A DNA stretch of 64,000 bases from Bacteroidales bacterium UBA6680. GTDB lineage: Bacteria; Bacteroidota; Bacteroidia; Bacteroidales; UBA6680. The notes beneath the pieces are model-generated. The model saw nothing but the letters and a program-made list of their open reading frames with translations. It made no database searches and was not told where the DNA came from. The DNA lies in NCBI GenBank assembly GCA_002454955.1, contig DKJY01000021.1:2525-66524 (forward strand), read 5' to 3'. Of this stretch, positions 19,595-28,859 are shown in pieces. Position 1 is the first letter of the stretch. Each line of letters begins with the position of its first letter. Made by a program: the position numbers and the translations under genes.

Positions 19595-19867
19595 ATGACT
19601 AGAACAGAGACTGAGAATTATAAATTTACTCAACATCGTGAATGTGAGTTTTTTCCTTGTCATAAGGTGAAGAATGAGGATGAGTTTAACTGTCTGTTTT
19701 GTTTCTGTCCGCTCTATATGCTAAAGCAGGAGTGTGGCGGTAACTATAAATATACAAATGGCGTTAAGGATTGCAGCGATTGTCTTAAACCACATACAAA
19801 AGGTGCCTACGAGCATGTTATGAGTAAGATGGGTATGGTTATTAAGATTGGCAGCGAACAGAAATAG
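19595..19867 (+). CDS. Cysteine-rich small domain protein (metal-binding, PF04071-like)
   Basis: 90-aa ORF with the pattern ECEFFPCH...FNCLFCFCPLY...CGG...DCSDC..PH typical of the 'cysteine-rich small domain' family. Confidence 0.6.
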   Translation: MTRTETENYKFTQHRECEFFPCHKVKNEDEFNCLFCFCPLYMLKQECGGNYKYTNGVKDCSDCLKPHTKGAYEHVMSKMGMVIKIGSEQK

Positions 19868-19901
19868 TTACTAATAATTAGATACGGACAACAAGGGGAA
19901 T

Positions 19902-20600
19902 TCATTTATCCCTTTGTCTTTTTATTAGCTTTTGTTTAATTCTTTTTGACTGGTTTATATGTACCAGATTATGTCTGGTTGCAGGCATTAGCAGAATACC
20001 TGCAACATTTTTCTTAGACCAGAAATCTATAAGCCAGTTTGCCCCTTCGATATCAAGAACAGCGCCCTGATCTATAATGGCTTTTAATCCGGACAGACTA
20101 ACTCTTGTTTTAAGATCTTTATAACTTAATGTGTTAATAATCTGTTGCGATTTTTTACCTACGGCAACTCTGTAATTTATTAATTCAGGCATGTTTACAT
20201 TTCTGCTAAACTCTATTACCTCCTGATTAGTCATGGCATTACCTGTATCCTGAATTGTGGTATTTAGCCTCTCCTGCCAGTTATCTGTTTTAAAAACTTG
20301 TATATCCTCTGCTACTAACAGGTTCATTGTAATGTCCTCTATTCTTGTAGAGTGCCACATGTTTCTGGCAATTGTTCCGTGATCAGAATTCACAAAATCT
20401 CTGAAAATATCTTCGGTAATGTTGTTCCAAAGAGGGTCTTCTAGAGTGCTCTGGTGGTAATCAGACACCTCAGATCTGTGAACCATTGCGTGCTGCTTAA
20501 GGCATAAATCTATTGCAGCAGAGTGCGTACTATCTTTACTAATTAAAGTTCTGAGTAGTTTCTGGTTGTTATTCCATTCAGTTGTTAAGGTATCTTTCAT
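19902..20600 (-). CDS. DinB-family-like four-helix-bundle protein
   Basis: 232-aa ORF. Segments IARNMWHSTRIEDI and LLMPATRHNLVHINQ resemble the conserved His-containing helices of DinB/YfiT-like proteins. Confidence 0.45.
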   Translation of the reverse strand: MKDTLTTEWNNNQKLLRTLISKDSTHSAAIDLCLKQHAMVHRSEVSDYHQSTLEDPLWNNITEDIFRDFVNSDHGTIARNMWHSTRIEDITMNLLVAEDIQVFKTDNWQERLNTTIQDTGNAMTNQEVIEFSRNVNMPELINYRVAVGKKSQQIINTLSYKDLKTRVSLSGLKAIIDQGAVLDIEGANWLIDFWSKKNVAGILLMPATRHNLVHINQSKRIKQKLIKRQRDK

Positions 20601-20609
20601 TATCAGTAA

Positions 20610-21242
20610 TTATATATTATCTCTGTTCATAAGATTCTGAATTTCATCAATAAATTTACCCAGATGGTATCCATCTATTAAAGCATGGTGAACATGAACA
20701 GATATTGGCATTGTTTTTCTGCCATCAGATTCTTCCATCTTACCAAAAGATACTTTAGGGCAGCTATCGTTAAATGAAAAATTCCGTGCATGCGATAGCG
20801 ATGTGAATCTTATCCATGGAACAGACGAAAAGTGTATAACATTATCGCCAGATATAGTAGGGTTAAGTCCTTTTGTAGCCTTAATCCGCTCTATTTCAAC
20901 TTTAGCATTCTCTGCAAACTCATTAAATCTGCTACAGTAAGGTATAAATGAGAAATCGAATGTATTGTCGGCTCTGCTTATAGTTGCTGAGACATCAATC
21001 TTATCGTATATGTATACCTTATTATCTGATATACGATACCTGAACTCCTCTATATTGTTTACAGCAGTAAGTGTACAGTGCAGGTAATAGATGAAGAATG
21101 ATATGTTATGGCTTTTACAGTAGTTATATGCTGTTGTGCAATCAATCTCAGTTGTAATCCCATAGAATGGCTCGTCAAACTCTTTAAAGAAATTAAAGTG
21201 ATCTTTTCTGTTCCAGTTATCAATGTCAAGTAGCTTTTTCAT
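20610..21242 (-). CDS. cat: Chloramphenicol O-acetyltransferase (classical CAT family)
   Basis: 210-aa ORF. The N-terminus W.RK.HF.FF is of CAT type (IDNWNRKDHFNFFKEFDEPFYGIT). The catalytic motif is VHVHHALIDGYHLGKF. Confidence 0.85.
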   Translation of the reverse strand: MKKLLDIDNWNRKDHFNFFKEFDEPFYGITTEIDCTTAYNYCKSHNISFFIYYLHCTLTAVNNIEEFRYRISDNKVYIYDKIDVSATISRADNTFDFSFIPYCSRFNEFAENAKVEIERIKATKGLNPTISGDNVIHFSSVPWIRFTSLSHARNFSFNDSCPKVSFGKMEESDGRKTMPISVHVHHALIDGYHLGKFIDEIQNLMNRDNI

Positions 21243-21292
21243 GCATTTACATTTTATGTAATTACGTTTATTAAGAGATTATAATTCTGTAG

Positions 21293-21712
21293 TTAATCTT
21301 TGAATGCAAGCGGGTGATTGCTGTTTAATTGCAACAGATCCCACAGGTTTCCATACAGATCTTTAAATACAGCTACAGTACCATAATCGGCCTCTTTTGG
21401 TTCGCGTACAAACTCAATACCTTTTGCAATCATATCGTTATAATCTCTCCAGAAGTCGTCTGAGTTAAGGAACAGGAATACTCTTCCGCCTGCTTGATTA
21501 CCTATGAAATCTTCCTGTATTGGTTTTGAAGCTCTGGCAAGTAGTATTGTTGTTCCGCTTGATCCGGGTGGCGATACAACAACCCATCGTTTATCCTGTT
21601 CTGGCTGGTATGTGTCTTCAACTAAATCGAAGTTCAGTTTTTTTGTATAAAAATCTATTGCTTCATCGTAATCTCTTACAACTAAGGCTATATGTACTAT
21701 TGATTGGCGCAT
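21293..21712 (-). CDS. VOC-family (glyoxalase / bleomycin-resistance fold) protein
   Basis: 139-aa ORF with IVHIALVVRDYDEAIDFYTKKLNF ... YGTVAVFKDLYGNLWDLLQ, typical of a paired beta-alpha-beta-beta-beta VOC module. Confidence 0.75.
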   Translation of the reverse strand: MRQSIVHIALVVRDYDEAIDFYTKKLNFDLVEDTYQPEQDKRWVVVSPPGSSGTTILLARASKPIQEDFIGNQAGGRVFLFLNSDDFWRDYNDMIAKGIEFVREPKEADYGTVAVFKDLYGNLWDLLQLNSNHPLAFKD

Positions 21713-21989
21713 GTTTATTTATTATAAGATTTCGTAATTCAAAGTTACAATTATAGTGATGTAATGCAATATTGTTGAGTTTACTAGTATCTGTTTTTAT
21801 GGTGTATTGCACTGCTAAAGTTTGTTTTACGATGTTTTTATATAATTGGTATAATGTGTTAAATACTTAACTGTCTGGTATAGTGAATATGCACTATTTT
21901 TATATACATTTATGTCTTTATATATTTATTGAGATATCTAGATAAATTATATGTTTTATTCTTTTGATTAGTATAATATTTATATAGTT

Positions 21990-23012
21990 ATGGAGCAGAT
22001 AAATTTGAGTAGCGATACAGTTACAAAGCCAACAACGGAGATGTTGGAGTTTATGATGAGTGCAGAGGTAGGTGATGATGTTATGCGTGCAGATCCTACA
22101 GTAATTGCTTTGGAGAATAAGCTTGCAGGAATGTTTAAACGCGAGGCAGCGCTATTTTTTCCTACAGGAACAATGGCAAATCAGTCAGCAATAAAGATTC
22201 ATACACAACCGGGCGATCAGTTTATCTGTCATGAGTGGGCACATGTGTTTAATTTTGAAGGAGGAGCGGCTGCATGGTTGTCGTCAATAAGTAGCAGACT
22301 GATTAAGGGTGACAGGGGTATGTATAGTGCCGACCAGCTTAAGGATGCGTTAAATGATCCTGATGATGTACACCTTCCGTTAAGCAAACTTGTAGCTGTT
22401 GAGAATACAACAAATAAAGGAGGGGGTGCTTGTTGGGATATTGAGGAGCTTCGTAGAGTACGTACATTCTGTTCGCAGCATGATCTTAGGTTGCATCTGG
22501 ACGGAGCCAGACTGTTTAATGCGCTTGTAAGAAGAGGTGAGACTCCTGATATGTATGGTGAGATATTTGATACAATATCTATATGTCTTTCAAAAGGACT
22601 TGGGGCACCTGTAGGATCGGTTTTGATTGGTTCAAATGATGTGATAAACAGAGCCCGACGTATAAGAAAGGCTCTTGGTGGTGGTATGCGTCAGGCAGGA
22701 TACCTGGCTGCAGCCGGTATATTTGCTCTTGATAATAACGTAGAGAGATTAAAGGTTGATCATGAACATGCACAACAGCTTGCTATAGCTTTAGAGGCTT
22801 GTAATGTGGTTGAGAGAGTTGAAACTGTTGAGACCAATATTGTTATCTTTTATATTGATAAGCAGTATAGGGAAGAGGAGTTTATTAATATGCTTGAAAA
22901 AGAGAATATTATTATTAGCAATATGGGGAATGGTAAGCTAAGAATGGTTACACATCTTGATATTACATCAGAGATGATAGAGAGGGTAGAGGATGTTCTG
23001 AAAAAATTGTAA
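21990..23012 (+). CDS. ltaE: Low-specificity L-threonine aldolase
   Basis: 340-aa ORF with SDTVTKPT, VGDDV, FPTGTMANQ and the PLP-lysine context SICLSKGLGAPVGS. Confidence 0.8.
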   Translation: MEQINLSSDTVTKPTTEMLEFMMSAEVGDDVMRADPTVIALENKLAGMFKREAALFFPTGTMANQSAIKIHTQPGDQFICHEWAHVFNFEGGAAAWLSSISSRLIKGDRGMYSADQLKDALNDPDDVHLPLSKLVAVENTTNKGGGACWDIEELRRVRTFCSQHDLRLHLDGARLFNALVRRGETPDMYGEIFDTISICLSKGLGAPVGSVLIGSNDVINRARRIRKALGGGMRQAGYLAAAGIFALDNNVERLKVDHEHAQQLAIALEACNVVERVETVETNIVIFYIDKQYREEEFINMLEKENIIISNMGNGKLRMVTHLDITSEMIERVEDVLKKL

Positions 23013-23034
23013 TGAGAATATAGCAGATTGTAAA

Positions 23035-23062
23035 AGGGCGCAGTATTATGTATAAGCGCCCT
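23035..23062 (+). terminator. Hairpin between convergent genes
   Basis: AGGGCGC-N14-GCGCCCT followed by CTTGTTATATTATTTT. Confidence 0.5.
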
Positions 23063-23076
23063 CTTGTTATATTATT

Positions 23077-23739
23077 TTATGGCTCTAATCTGTATTTTGT
23101 ATCGGTTATTGTCTGGTAATTTTCAGGTATCTCATTATTTAATGATAGTATATCAAACCTATTGTGCTTAAAGAAACGTTTATAGATTGCATTACGTACC
23201 TCTTGTAGTTGACTATCAGACAACTCCTCATTAATAAAGATAACATGGTATGGTTTCTCATTATCAATAGTATCTATATATAAACCTACATGCATCTGTT
23301 CTTTGATTGTATTATTGGCAATTAATCTTTTGTATACCTTTTTGAACTCTTTTCTGTTAGATTTATTAGGAAGAATAAAAGCTGATGCAGGTTTCTCCAT
23401 ATTTATAATACCTGTGTTTAGAGCCTCTTCTGTTATATTTGCCATTACATCATCAGTAAGATCAATACCTCCGCGCATGTTTGATATAATGGTTTTTATC
23501 ATAATAGGAGGGCCCATTGGTAAACCCCATATACCAAGTATAAAGTTAGCTATATTATAACGCATTGCATTTACAGATAATGGATATCCTTCTTCTATAA
23601 AATATAGTTTTGATATTCTGCGAACAGGCATAAAGATGGGCACAGATATTATGTAGGAGTATGCGACAAATTTAGCTCCGTTATTTACCTTGTGTTGTAT
23701 ATTGTTTATGGTAAAATCTCTGTTTATTGATAATCTCAT
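23077..23739 (-). CDS. Hypothetical protein, co-transcribed with the MFS transporter
   Basis: 220-aa ORF starting 3 nt after the MFS stop. It has one hydrophobic hairpin with GIWGLPMGPPIMIKTIISNMRGGIDLT. I recognised no family. Confidence 0.5.
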   Translation of the reverse strand: MRLSINRDFTINNIQHKVNNGAKFVAYSYIISVPIFMPVRRISKLYFIEEGYPLSVNAMRYNIANFILGIWGLPMGPPIMIKTIISNMRGGIDLTDDVMANITEEALNTGIINMEKPASAFILPNKSNRKEFKKVYKRLIANNTIKEQMHVGLYIDTIDNEKPYHVIFINEELSDSQLQEVRNAIYKRFFKHNRFDILSLNNEIPENYQTITDTKYRLEP

Positions 23740-23741
23740 AT

Positions 23742-24971
23742 TTATCTAATGTATTTTAGGGTCTTGTTATTTATAATGTTTAGCACAAAGAATACTACGG
23801 CAAAACCTGTTAACAGCAATGCAATTACAATCAGATATGTTGTATTACCATGCCTGTAGTATAGTTCAATGAATTTTCCTAGCATGAAGTTTGACATACC
23901 AAATAGAGCAAGATATATACCAATGAATAGTCCTCTTAACTTTGTTGGAGCACTGCCATGAACAGATGTAAGTATTGCCGGATATAAAAGTACCTCTCCA
24001 ATAGCTGTCATTATAACCGGAAAAGCGAAAAACAGAAAGCTTACGTTGGTATCGTATATTCCTATTCCTGTTGTTAATATAATGTAAGCAATAGCGTAAA
24101 TCAGTAAACCTAAAGATATTATTTTAAACAGCTTAATTCTTTTATTCAGTTGTAAAATAATGAAAAATATAATAACACCGGCTATCATTCCGGATATCGG
24201 ATTTAATATCATGGATTTAGACATTAGATTACCTAGTTGACTACTTAAATCGGATGATATCAGGTTAAATGATATACCACTCTGATTAACAACAGTAACT
24301 AATGGCGATATAAGTATTAGGACTGATAATAAAATAAGCAGATTACTACTCTTGTTTATCTTTGGAGGCAACATTCTGTTACTTTTATATGTATCTAAAG
24401 TGTTTGCAAACATCTTTGACATAACAAAAAATAGTGCTGTAGCTATAATTACAGATACTAATGATAGAATAAACATACCTTTCATGCCAATTATCTCTGT
24501 CAGATAACCTGATACCAGAACAGTAATTAATGCGGCTATTGATGATGATATGCTATAAACAATAAAACCTATATATTTTTTATTACTATTATCATCAGTG
24601 CTGTTTCCGAAAGCTACCATGATATTAGGTTTTAATATACCTGATCCTACCCCAATAATCACCAATAAACCAGGAAATATTGCAGAGGAGTCGCTTAATG
24701 GAGTTGATAACATAATATAACCAACAACCATTGTAATAATTCCAATTAAGATAAGAGTTTTACGCTTTGTAAAATCTCCTATTAACCCGGAAAATATTAC
24801 AGGAACATATGTTGATGCATAGAATATACTATATAGAGTTCCTGCTTCGGAATAACTTAAGCCAAGAGAGCTATTCATGTATTTAATTATAATACCCATA
24901 AGGATATATAGTGCAGTACGCTCAAACAAATTTATTGCTCCAAGAGTGATAATACCAAAATATGAATTCAT
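23742..24971 (-). CDS. MFS transporter (POT/peptide-transporter-like)
   Basis: 409-aa ORF with about 12 TM helices. The loop 2-3 motif GLIGDFTKRKTLILIGI is of the MFS G-x-x-x-D-R/K type. Confidence 0.65.
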   Translation of the reverse strand: MNSYFGIITLGAINLFERTALYILMGIIIKYMNSSLGLSYSEAGTLYSIFYASTYVPVIFSGLIGDFTKRKTLILIGIITMVVGYIMLSTPLSDSSAIFPGLLVIIGVGSGILKPNIMVAFGNSTDDNSNKKYIGFIVYSISSSIAALITVLVSGYLTEIIGMKGMFILSLVSVIIATALFFVMSKMFANTLDTYKSNRMLPPKINKSSNLLILLSVLILISPLVTVVNQSGISFNLISSDLSSQLGNLMSKSMILNPISGMIAGVIIFFIILQLNKRIKLFKIISLGLLIYAIAYIILTTGIGIYDTNVSFLFFAFPVIMTAIGEVLLYPAILTSVHGSAPTKLRGLFIGIYLALFGMSNFMLGKFIELYYRHGNTTYLIVIALLLTGFAVVFFVLNIINNKTLKYIR

Positions 24972-25130
24972 TAGGTTGTTATTTAATGTTTAGTGAATTT
25001 AAAGCGGTGCAAAGCTAATATAAATTAGAGTATCTGCTACGTTGTATTATGTTATTTTGTAGATAAACTATAGTAGGGTAGAGATCTGTTGTTTGTTAAT
25101 TTGCATTTGTTCTTCTATAGGTAGATTTTT

Positions 25131-25167
25131 AACAAAAAAGTCCGGTAGAATTACCGAACTTTTTGTT
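25131..25167 (-). terminator. Intrinsic terminator after the GPP34-like gene
   Basis: On the minus strand, the stem AACAAAAAGTTCGGTA-ATTC-TACCGGACTTTTTTGTT runs into a T-tract. Confidence 0.6.
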
Positions 25168-25189
25168 GAGTATTTTTATTGAAAAAATA

Positions 25190-25858
25190 TTACGTAGCAG
25201 CAACAATAACCGATGCTGTAACAGCAGCCTGAATCTCCTCAATAGCTTTAGCAATACCTACTGATATTACATTATCTTTTACAAGCTCGTGAGTAACGCG
25301 TTGTAACGATTTAGCCTCTTTTCTGTCGCGTGCAATTATTTTGTACATCTTACAGGCGTCAATCATACATAAGAGAGCAATATCTTTTTCAGTAACCTTA
25401 CGTTCGCGTCTGAAAATGCGTCTAAGATCAATAATTATACTTTGCTGTACAGATTTATCCTTTAGCTGCGCTACCCTATATGGTATTAATCCAAGGAATC
25501 TCTTTTGCTGTATTGTTATTAGCTGTTTCTCTTGTAAACCATTAAGCAAAGCTTTACGAATTTTATTTGCCTTCTGCGCAATCCTTTTTATCCACCACTT
25601 TACCCTTTTCTGTTTTCTGATATTCTTCTTTACAACATCAGAGAATGCAGATATGTAGTAGTTGTCAAGTTGTTTTTCAGATAATACTTTAAGAAATCTG
25701 TCGTCGCTAACCTCAATTGTTTTATCAGAAGCAAGATCAAAGATTATGGCTCCTAATAGTCCATAATTCAATTGTATATCTGATATACGATAACGTCCTT
25801 TATCAGGGTGCTGAGCAAGAATTACAAACGTTTCTGCTATTGTAAGTTCTTTATCCAT
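25190..25858 (-). CDS. GPP34/GOLPH3-family-like protein
   Basis: 222-aa ORF. The N-terminus LTIAETFVILAQHPDKGRYRI...LNYGLLGAIIFDL resembles bacterial GPP34 (PF05719) proteins. Confidence 0.45.
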   Translation of the reverse strand: MDKELTIAETFVILAQHPDKGRYRISDIQLNYGLLGAIIFDLASDKTIEVSDDRFLKVLSEKQLDNYYISAFSDVVKKNIRKQKRVKWWIKRIAQKANKIRKALLNGLQEKQLITIQQKRFLGLIPYRVAQLKDKSVQQSIIIDLRRIFRRERKVTEKDIALLCMIDACKMYKIIARDRKEAKSLQRVTHELVKDNVISVGIAKAIEEIQAAVTASVIVAAT

Positions 25859-25860
25859 AA

Positions 25861-26715
25861 CTACAACGATTTATATATTGTCTCAATCCAGAAAGGTTCT
25901 GTTATGAAGAACTTACCATAATCAGCATACTCTTTAAGGCATTCCGATTTTATAATATCCTCCATAGTTTTGCCATCTTTTTTAAGATCGCTAACAATTT
26001 TAACTGTCTCTTTAAGTGTTTTAAGATACTGCTTATACTGCTCAATAGAGAATACCGGACCATGACCTCCAACAACCTTAACGTCTGCCGGGATATTTTT
26101 CGTAATCCACTCAATATTCTTGAAATACTTGTACATATTACCACCATTCTCTGTATCAACAAACGGATATAATCCGGCAAATAGAAGATCGCCAACCGCC
26201 AGAACCTTAGAATTTGGAAGATAAACAATAACATCACCATCGGTATGTCCGCCTGTAAGTGGAATAATCTCTATCTTATGCTCATAGAAATCAATAACTG
26301 TCTTCTTCTTTATACGCATATCTGGTTGCGCATATTCCGGTAGAGGTTTGCTATCTTTTCCGAATAGTTTCTGAGTTGTACTTACACGTTTGTATGTATT
26401 CTCATGTGCAATAATATTTACATCCTTATCAAATGCAATATTTCCACCTGTATGGTCGCTGTGCCAGTGTGTATTTATTATGTACTTAACATTATCAGTT
26501 TTTAAAGTGTCTTTTACCATTTTACCTGTAGATCCATATCCTGCATCAATAAGTACAACGCTGTTGTAACCGTACACAGCAATAAGATTGCATTTTCCGG
26601 CAATCTGGTGCAGATCAATATTCTCAGCAAGTTCCGACTTAAAAATTTTAATGTTGTTTTGTGCAAATATTGCAACCGGGATCAGGATAGCGATTAAAAG
26701 CGATAGTTTTCTCAT
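25861..26715 (-). CDS. Secreted MBL-fold metallo-hydrolase
   Basis: 284-aa ORF with a signal peptide, the HxHxDH motif (NTHWHSDHTGG), and downstream GGHTDGD and GGHG metal ligand contexts. Confidence 0.8.
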   Translation of the reverse strand: MRKLSLLIAILIPVAIFAQNNIKIFKSELAENIDLHQIAGKCNLIAVYGYNSVVLIDAGYGSTGKMVKDTLKTDNVKYIINTHWHSDHTGGNIAFDKDVNIIAHENTYKRVSTTQKLFGKDSKPLPEYAQPDMRIKKKTVIDFYEHKIEIIPLTGGHTDGDVIVYLPNSKVLAVGDLLFAGLYPFVDTENGGNMYKYFKNIEWITKNIPADVKVVGGHGPVFSIEQYKQYLKTLKETVKIVSDLKKDGKTMEDIIKSECLKEYADYGKFFITEPFWIETIYKSL

Positions 26716-26916
26716 ACCAAGATTTTTTCTGAGTGTTTATTTAATTAAAACATTTAGGCTAGTCTCTTCGGTTTTTTAATAATCAAAAGACCATATAATG
26801 TCTTAAATATACAAAAAGAGTTAACTATTAGTGCAGAAAAATATTAAAAAGCTATACTTTGTCTTTATAAGGTATAGCAATATTTATGTTATAATTAATA
26901 GTCTGTATATATCAAA

Positions 26917-26949
26917 ACAGAGGTTGTACCATAATAGATACAACCCTGT
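26917..26949 (-). terminator. Terminator of the RND efflux operon
   Basis: On the minus strand, ACAGGGTTGTA-loop-TACAACCTCTGT (one bulge) is followed by TTTTGATAT, 12 nt after the stop at 26961. Confidence 0.55.
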
Positions 26950-26960
26950 CTGTTATAATA

Positions 26961-28844
26961 TTATCTGTATTTACAACATCCTGGTAGTTTGTTGTAGACA
27001 GAATCGTTGGCTTTAAACTTATCTGTATCGTGCCCTGCTGCTGCAATAGCTCTGTGTATCTCTGTTAGTGTTGTACTCTTTTCGTTAAACGTTACATTTA
27101 TAGAGTTGCTATCTCTATTCCATTTTGCAGAGGTTACTCCAGTAACCAATTTTGCAGCTTTTTCAATACGCTCTTTACACATTTCGCAATTCCCGTATAC
27201 TGTAAATGTAGCTTGTTTATCTGTTGTTTTAACTGTGGCTATTGTACCTCTGTCATATTTACAACATGCCGGAAGTTTATTATATACACTATCTGATGCT
27301 TTCTCTTTTTCAGTATCGTATCCTGAACGGGCAATAGCCTTGTGTATATCTTGCAATGAATGTACTTTGCTATTGTACATTATCGTTAACTGTTTACTAT
27401 CTATATTCCACTCAGCCTCTTTAACGCCAGATAAAGATAGTGCAGCCTTTTCTATAGTTGATTTACACATGCTGCAATTTCCTGAGACCATAAACTGTTC
27501 ATGTTTAAGATCACTGTTATCGGAATGGTTATGTTGTTTATTCATGTTGCCATGATTATGTCCCATTGCTACTTGTGTGCCTGATGGGTTCATCATACTT
27601 CTCTTTCCGGAAAGTTGCGCAGCAGCATCTATTTTAAACACACCGTTTGTCGCTATCTCTTCGCCAACAGACAGCCCCTTTTCTATAGTATAAAAGTCAC
27701 CTGCCTCGGCTCCTAATATGATTTCACGATATATAAACGATGTGCTCTTGCGTTCCGGAACTTTTACATAAACAACAGCTCGTTTGCCTGTCCAAAGTAC
27801 CGATGTTTTAGGGATAATAATTTCACCACTCTTTTTTGCTGTCTCAGATAGCAGTGTTCCGCTTACAAACATATCGGGTTTTAGTATCTGTTTATCGTTA
27901 CTAACCTCAATACGTACATAGGCAACCCTTGTCTTGCTATCTATATACGGATCAATATAGCGTACCTTGCCTGTAAATATCTTTCCGGGAACCGACCTTG
28001 TTGTGAACTCAATTTTATCACCACGTTTTATCCAAAGCAGATAACTCTCATATGCATCAAATATCACCCACAGTTTAGACAGATCTGTAACCTCAAACAT
28101 CAGCGATCCTTCATTTACATAATTGCCGGATGTTACCTCTCTTTTTGTGACAATACCCGTTTGTGGTGATAGAATATCTATATTGGTTTTGAGTGTTTTA
28201 CTATCCTCTATGTTATCTATCTGGCTATCTGTTAACCCCCATAATTTTAGTTTTGTACGTGCAGATTTATACAACGACGATTCTGACGACTTGTATGTTG
28301 CAGCCTCTAATAACTCTTTTTGTGCAGCAATAAGCTCAGGAGAATATATTGAACCTAAACGTTCTCCTTTATTCACTCTTTGTCCGGTAAAGTTTATATA
28401 CAACTTCTCAATCCGTCCGCTAAAGCGAGCCGTAATTACAGATACCCTGCGTTCATCGGCTTTTATTTTTCCGGATAACCTGATATTCATTTCAGGAGTA
28501 CCGCGTTTAACTATTGTTGTTTGAACAGATGCTAATGCCATAGCCGCATCTGTCATCTGTATCTCATCCGGATTAATATGATCTCCCTCTGATATACCAG
28601 ACTCAAGAGGAACAAGATCCATTGCACATATAGGGCACAAACCCGGTTTGTTTTGCTTTATCTGTGGATGCATAGAGCATGTGTAAACGGTCTCTTTTTG
28701 TTCAGTATCCTCGTTACTATTTTGTTTATCTGTGGTACCGCTATTACTAAACAGTAACCAACCCAAAAACAGACCTGCTACCATTGTAATTCCCAGTAGT
28801 TTTATATCTCTTCTATTTATCTTTAAACGTCTCATAATAATCAA
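26961..28844 (-). CDS. RND efflux periplasmic adaptor (CusB-like) fused to one N-terminal and two C-terminal metal-binding modules
   Basis: 627-aa ORF with an N-terminal TM anchor. It carries YTCSMHPQI...PGLCPICAMDL (heavy-metal-binding domain), an HlyD/MFP core, and two HMA-like modules (GNCSMCKSTIEKAA.., GNCEMCKERIEKAA..). Each HMA module ends in VYNKLP.CCKY. Confidence 0.8.
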   Translation of the reverse strand: MIIMRRLKINRRDIKLLGITMVAGLFLGWLLFSNSGTTDKQNSNEDTEQKETVYTCSMHPQIKQNKPGLCPICAMDLVPLESGISEGDHINPDEIQMTDAAMALASVQTTIVKRGTPEMNIRLSGKIKADERRVSVITARFSGRIEKLYINFTGQRVNKGERLGSIYSPELIAAQKELLEAATYKSSESSLYKSARTKLKLWGLTDSQIDNIEDSKTLKTNIDILSPQTGIVTKREVTSGNYVNEGSLMFEVTDLSKLWVIFDAYESYLLWIKRGDKIEFTTRSVPGKIFTGKVRYIDPYIDSKTRVAYVRIEVSNDKQILKPDMFVSGTLLSETAKKSGEIIIPKTSVLWTGKRAVVYVKVPERKSTSFIYREIILGAEAGDFYTIEKGLSVGEEIATNGVFKIDAAAQLSGKRSMMNPSGTQVAMGHNHGNMNKQHNHSDNSDLKHEQFMVSGNCSMCKSTIEKAALSLSGVKEAEWNIDSKQLTIMYNSKVHSLQDIHKAIARSGYDTEKEKASDSVYNKLPACCKYDRGTIATVKTTDKQATFTVYGNCEMCKERIEKAAKLVTGVTSAKWNRDSNSINVTFNEKSTTLTEIHRAIAAAGHDTDKFKANDSVYNKLPGCCKYR

Positions 28845-28859
28845 AATTTCTCTGTTAAA

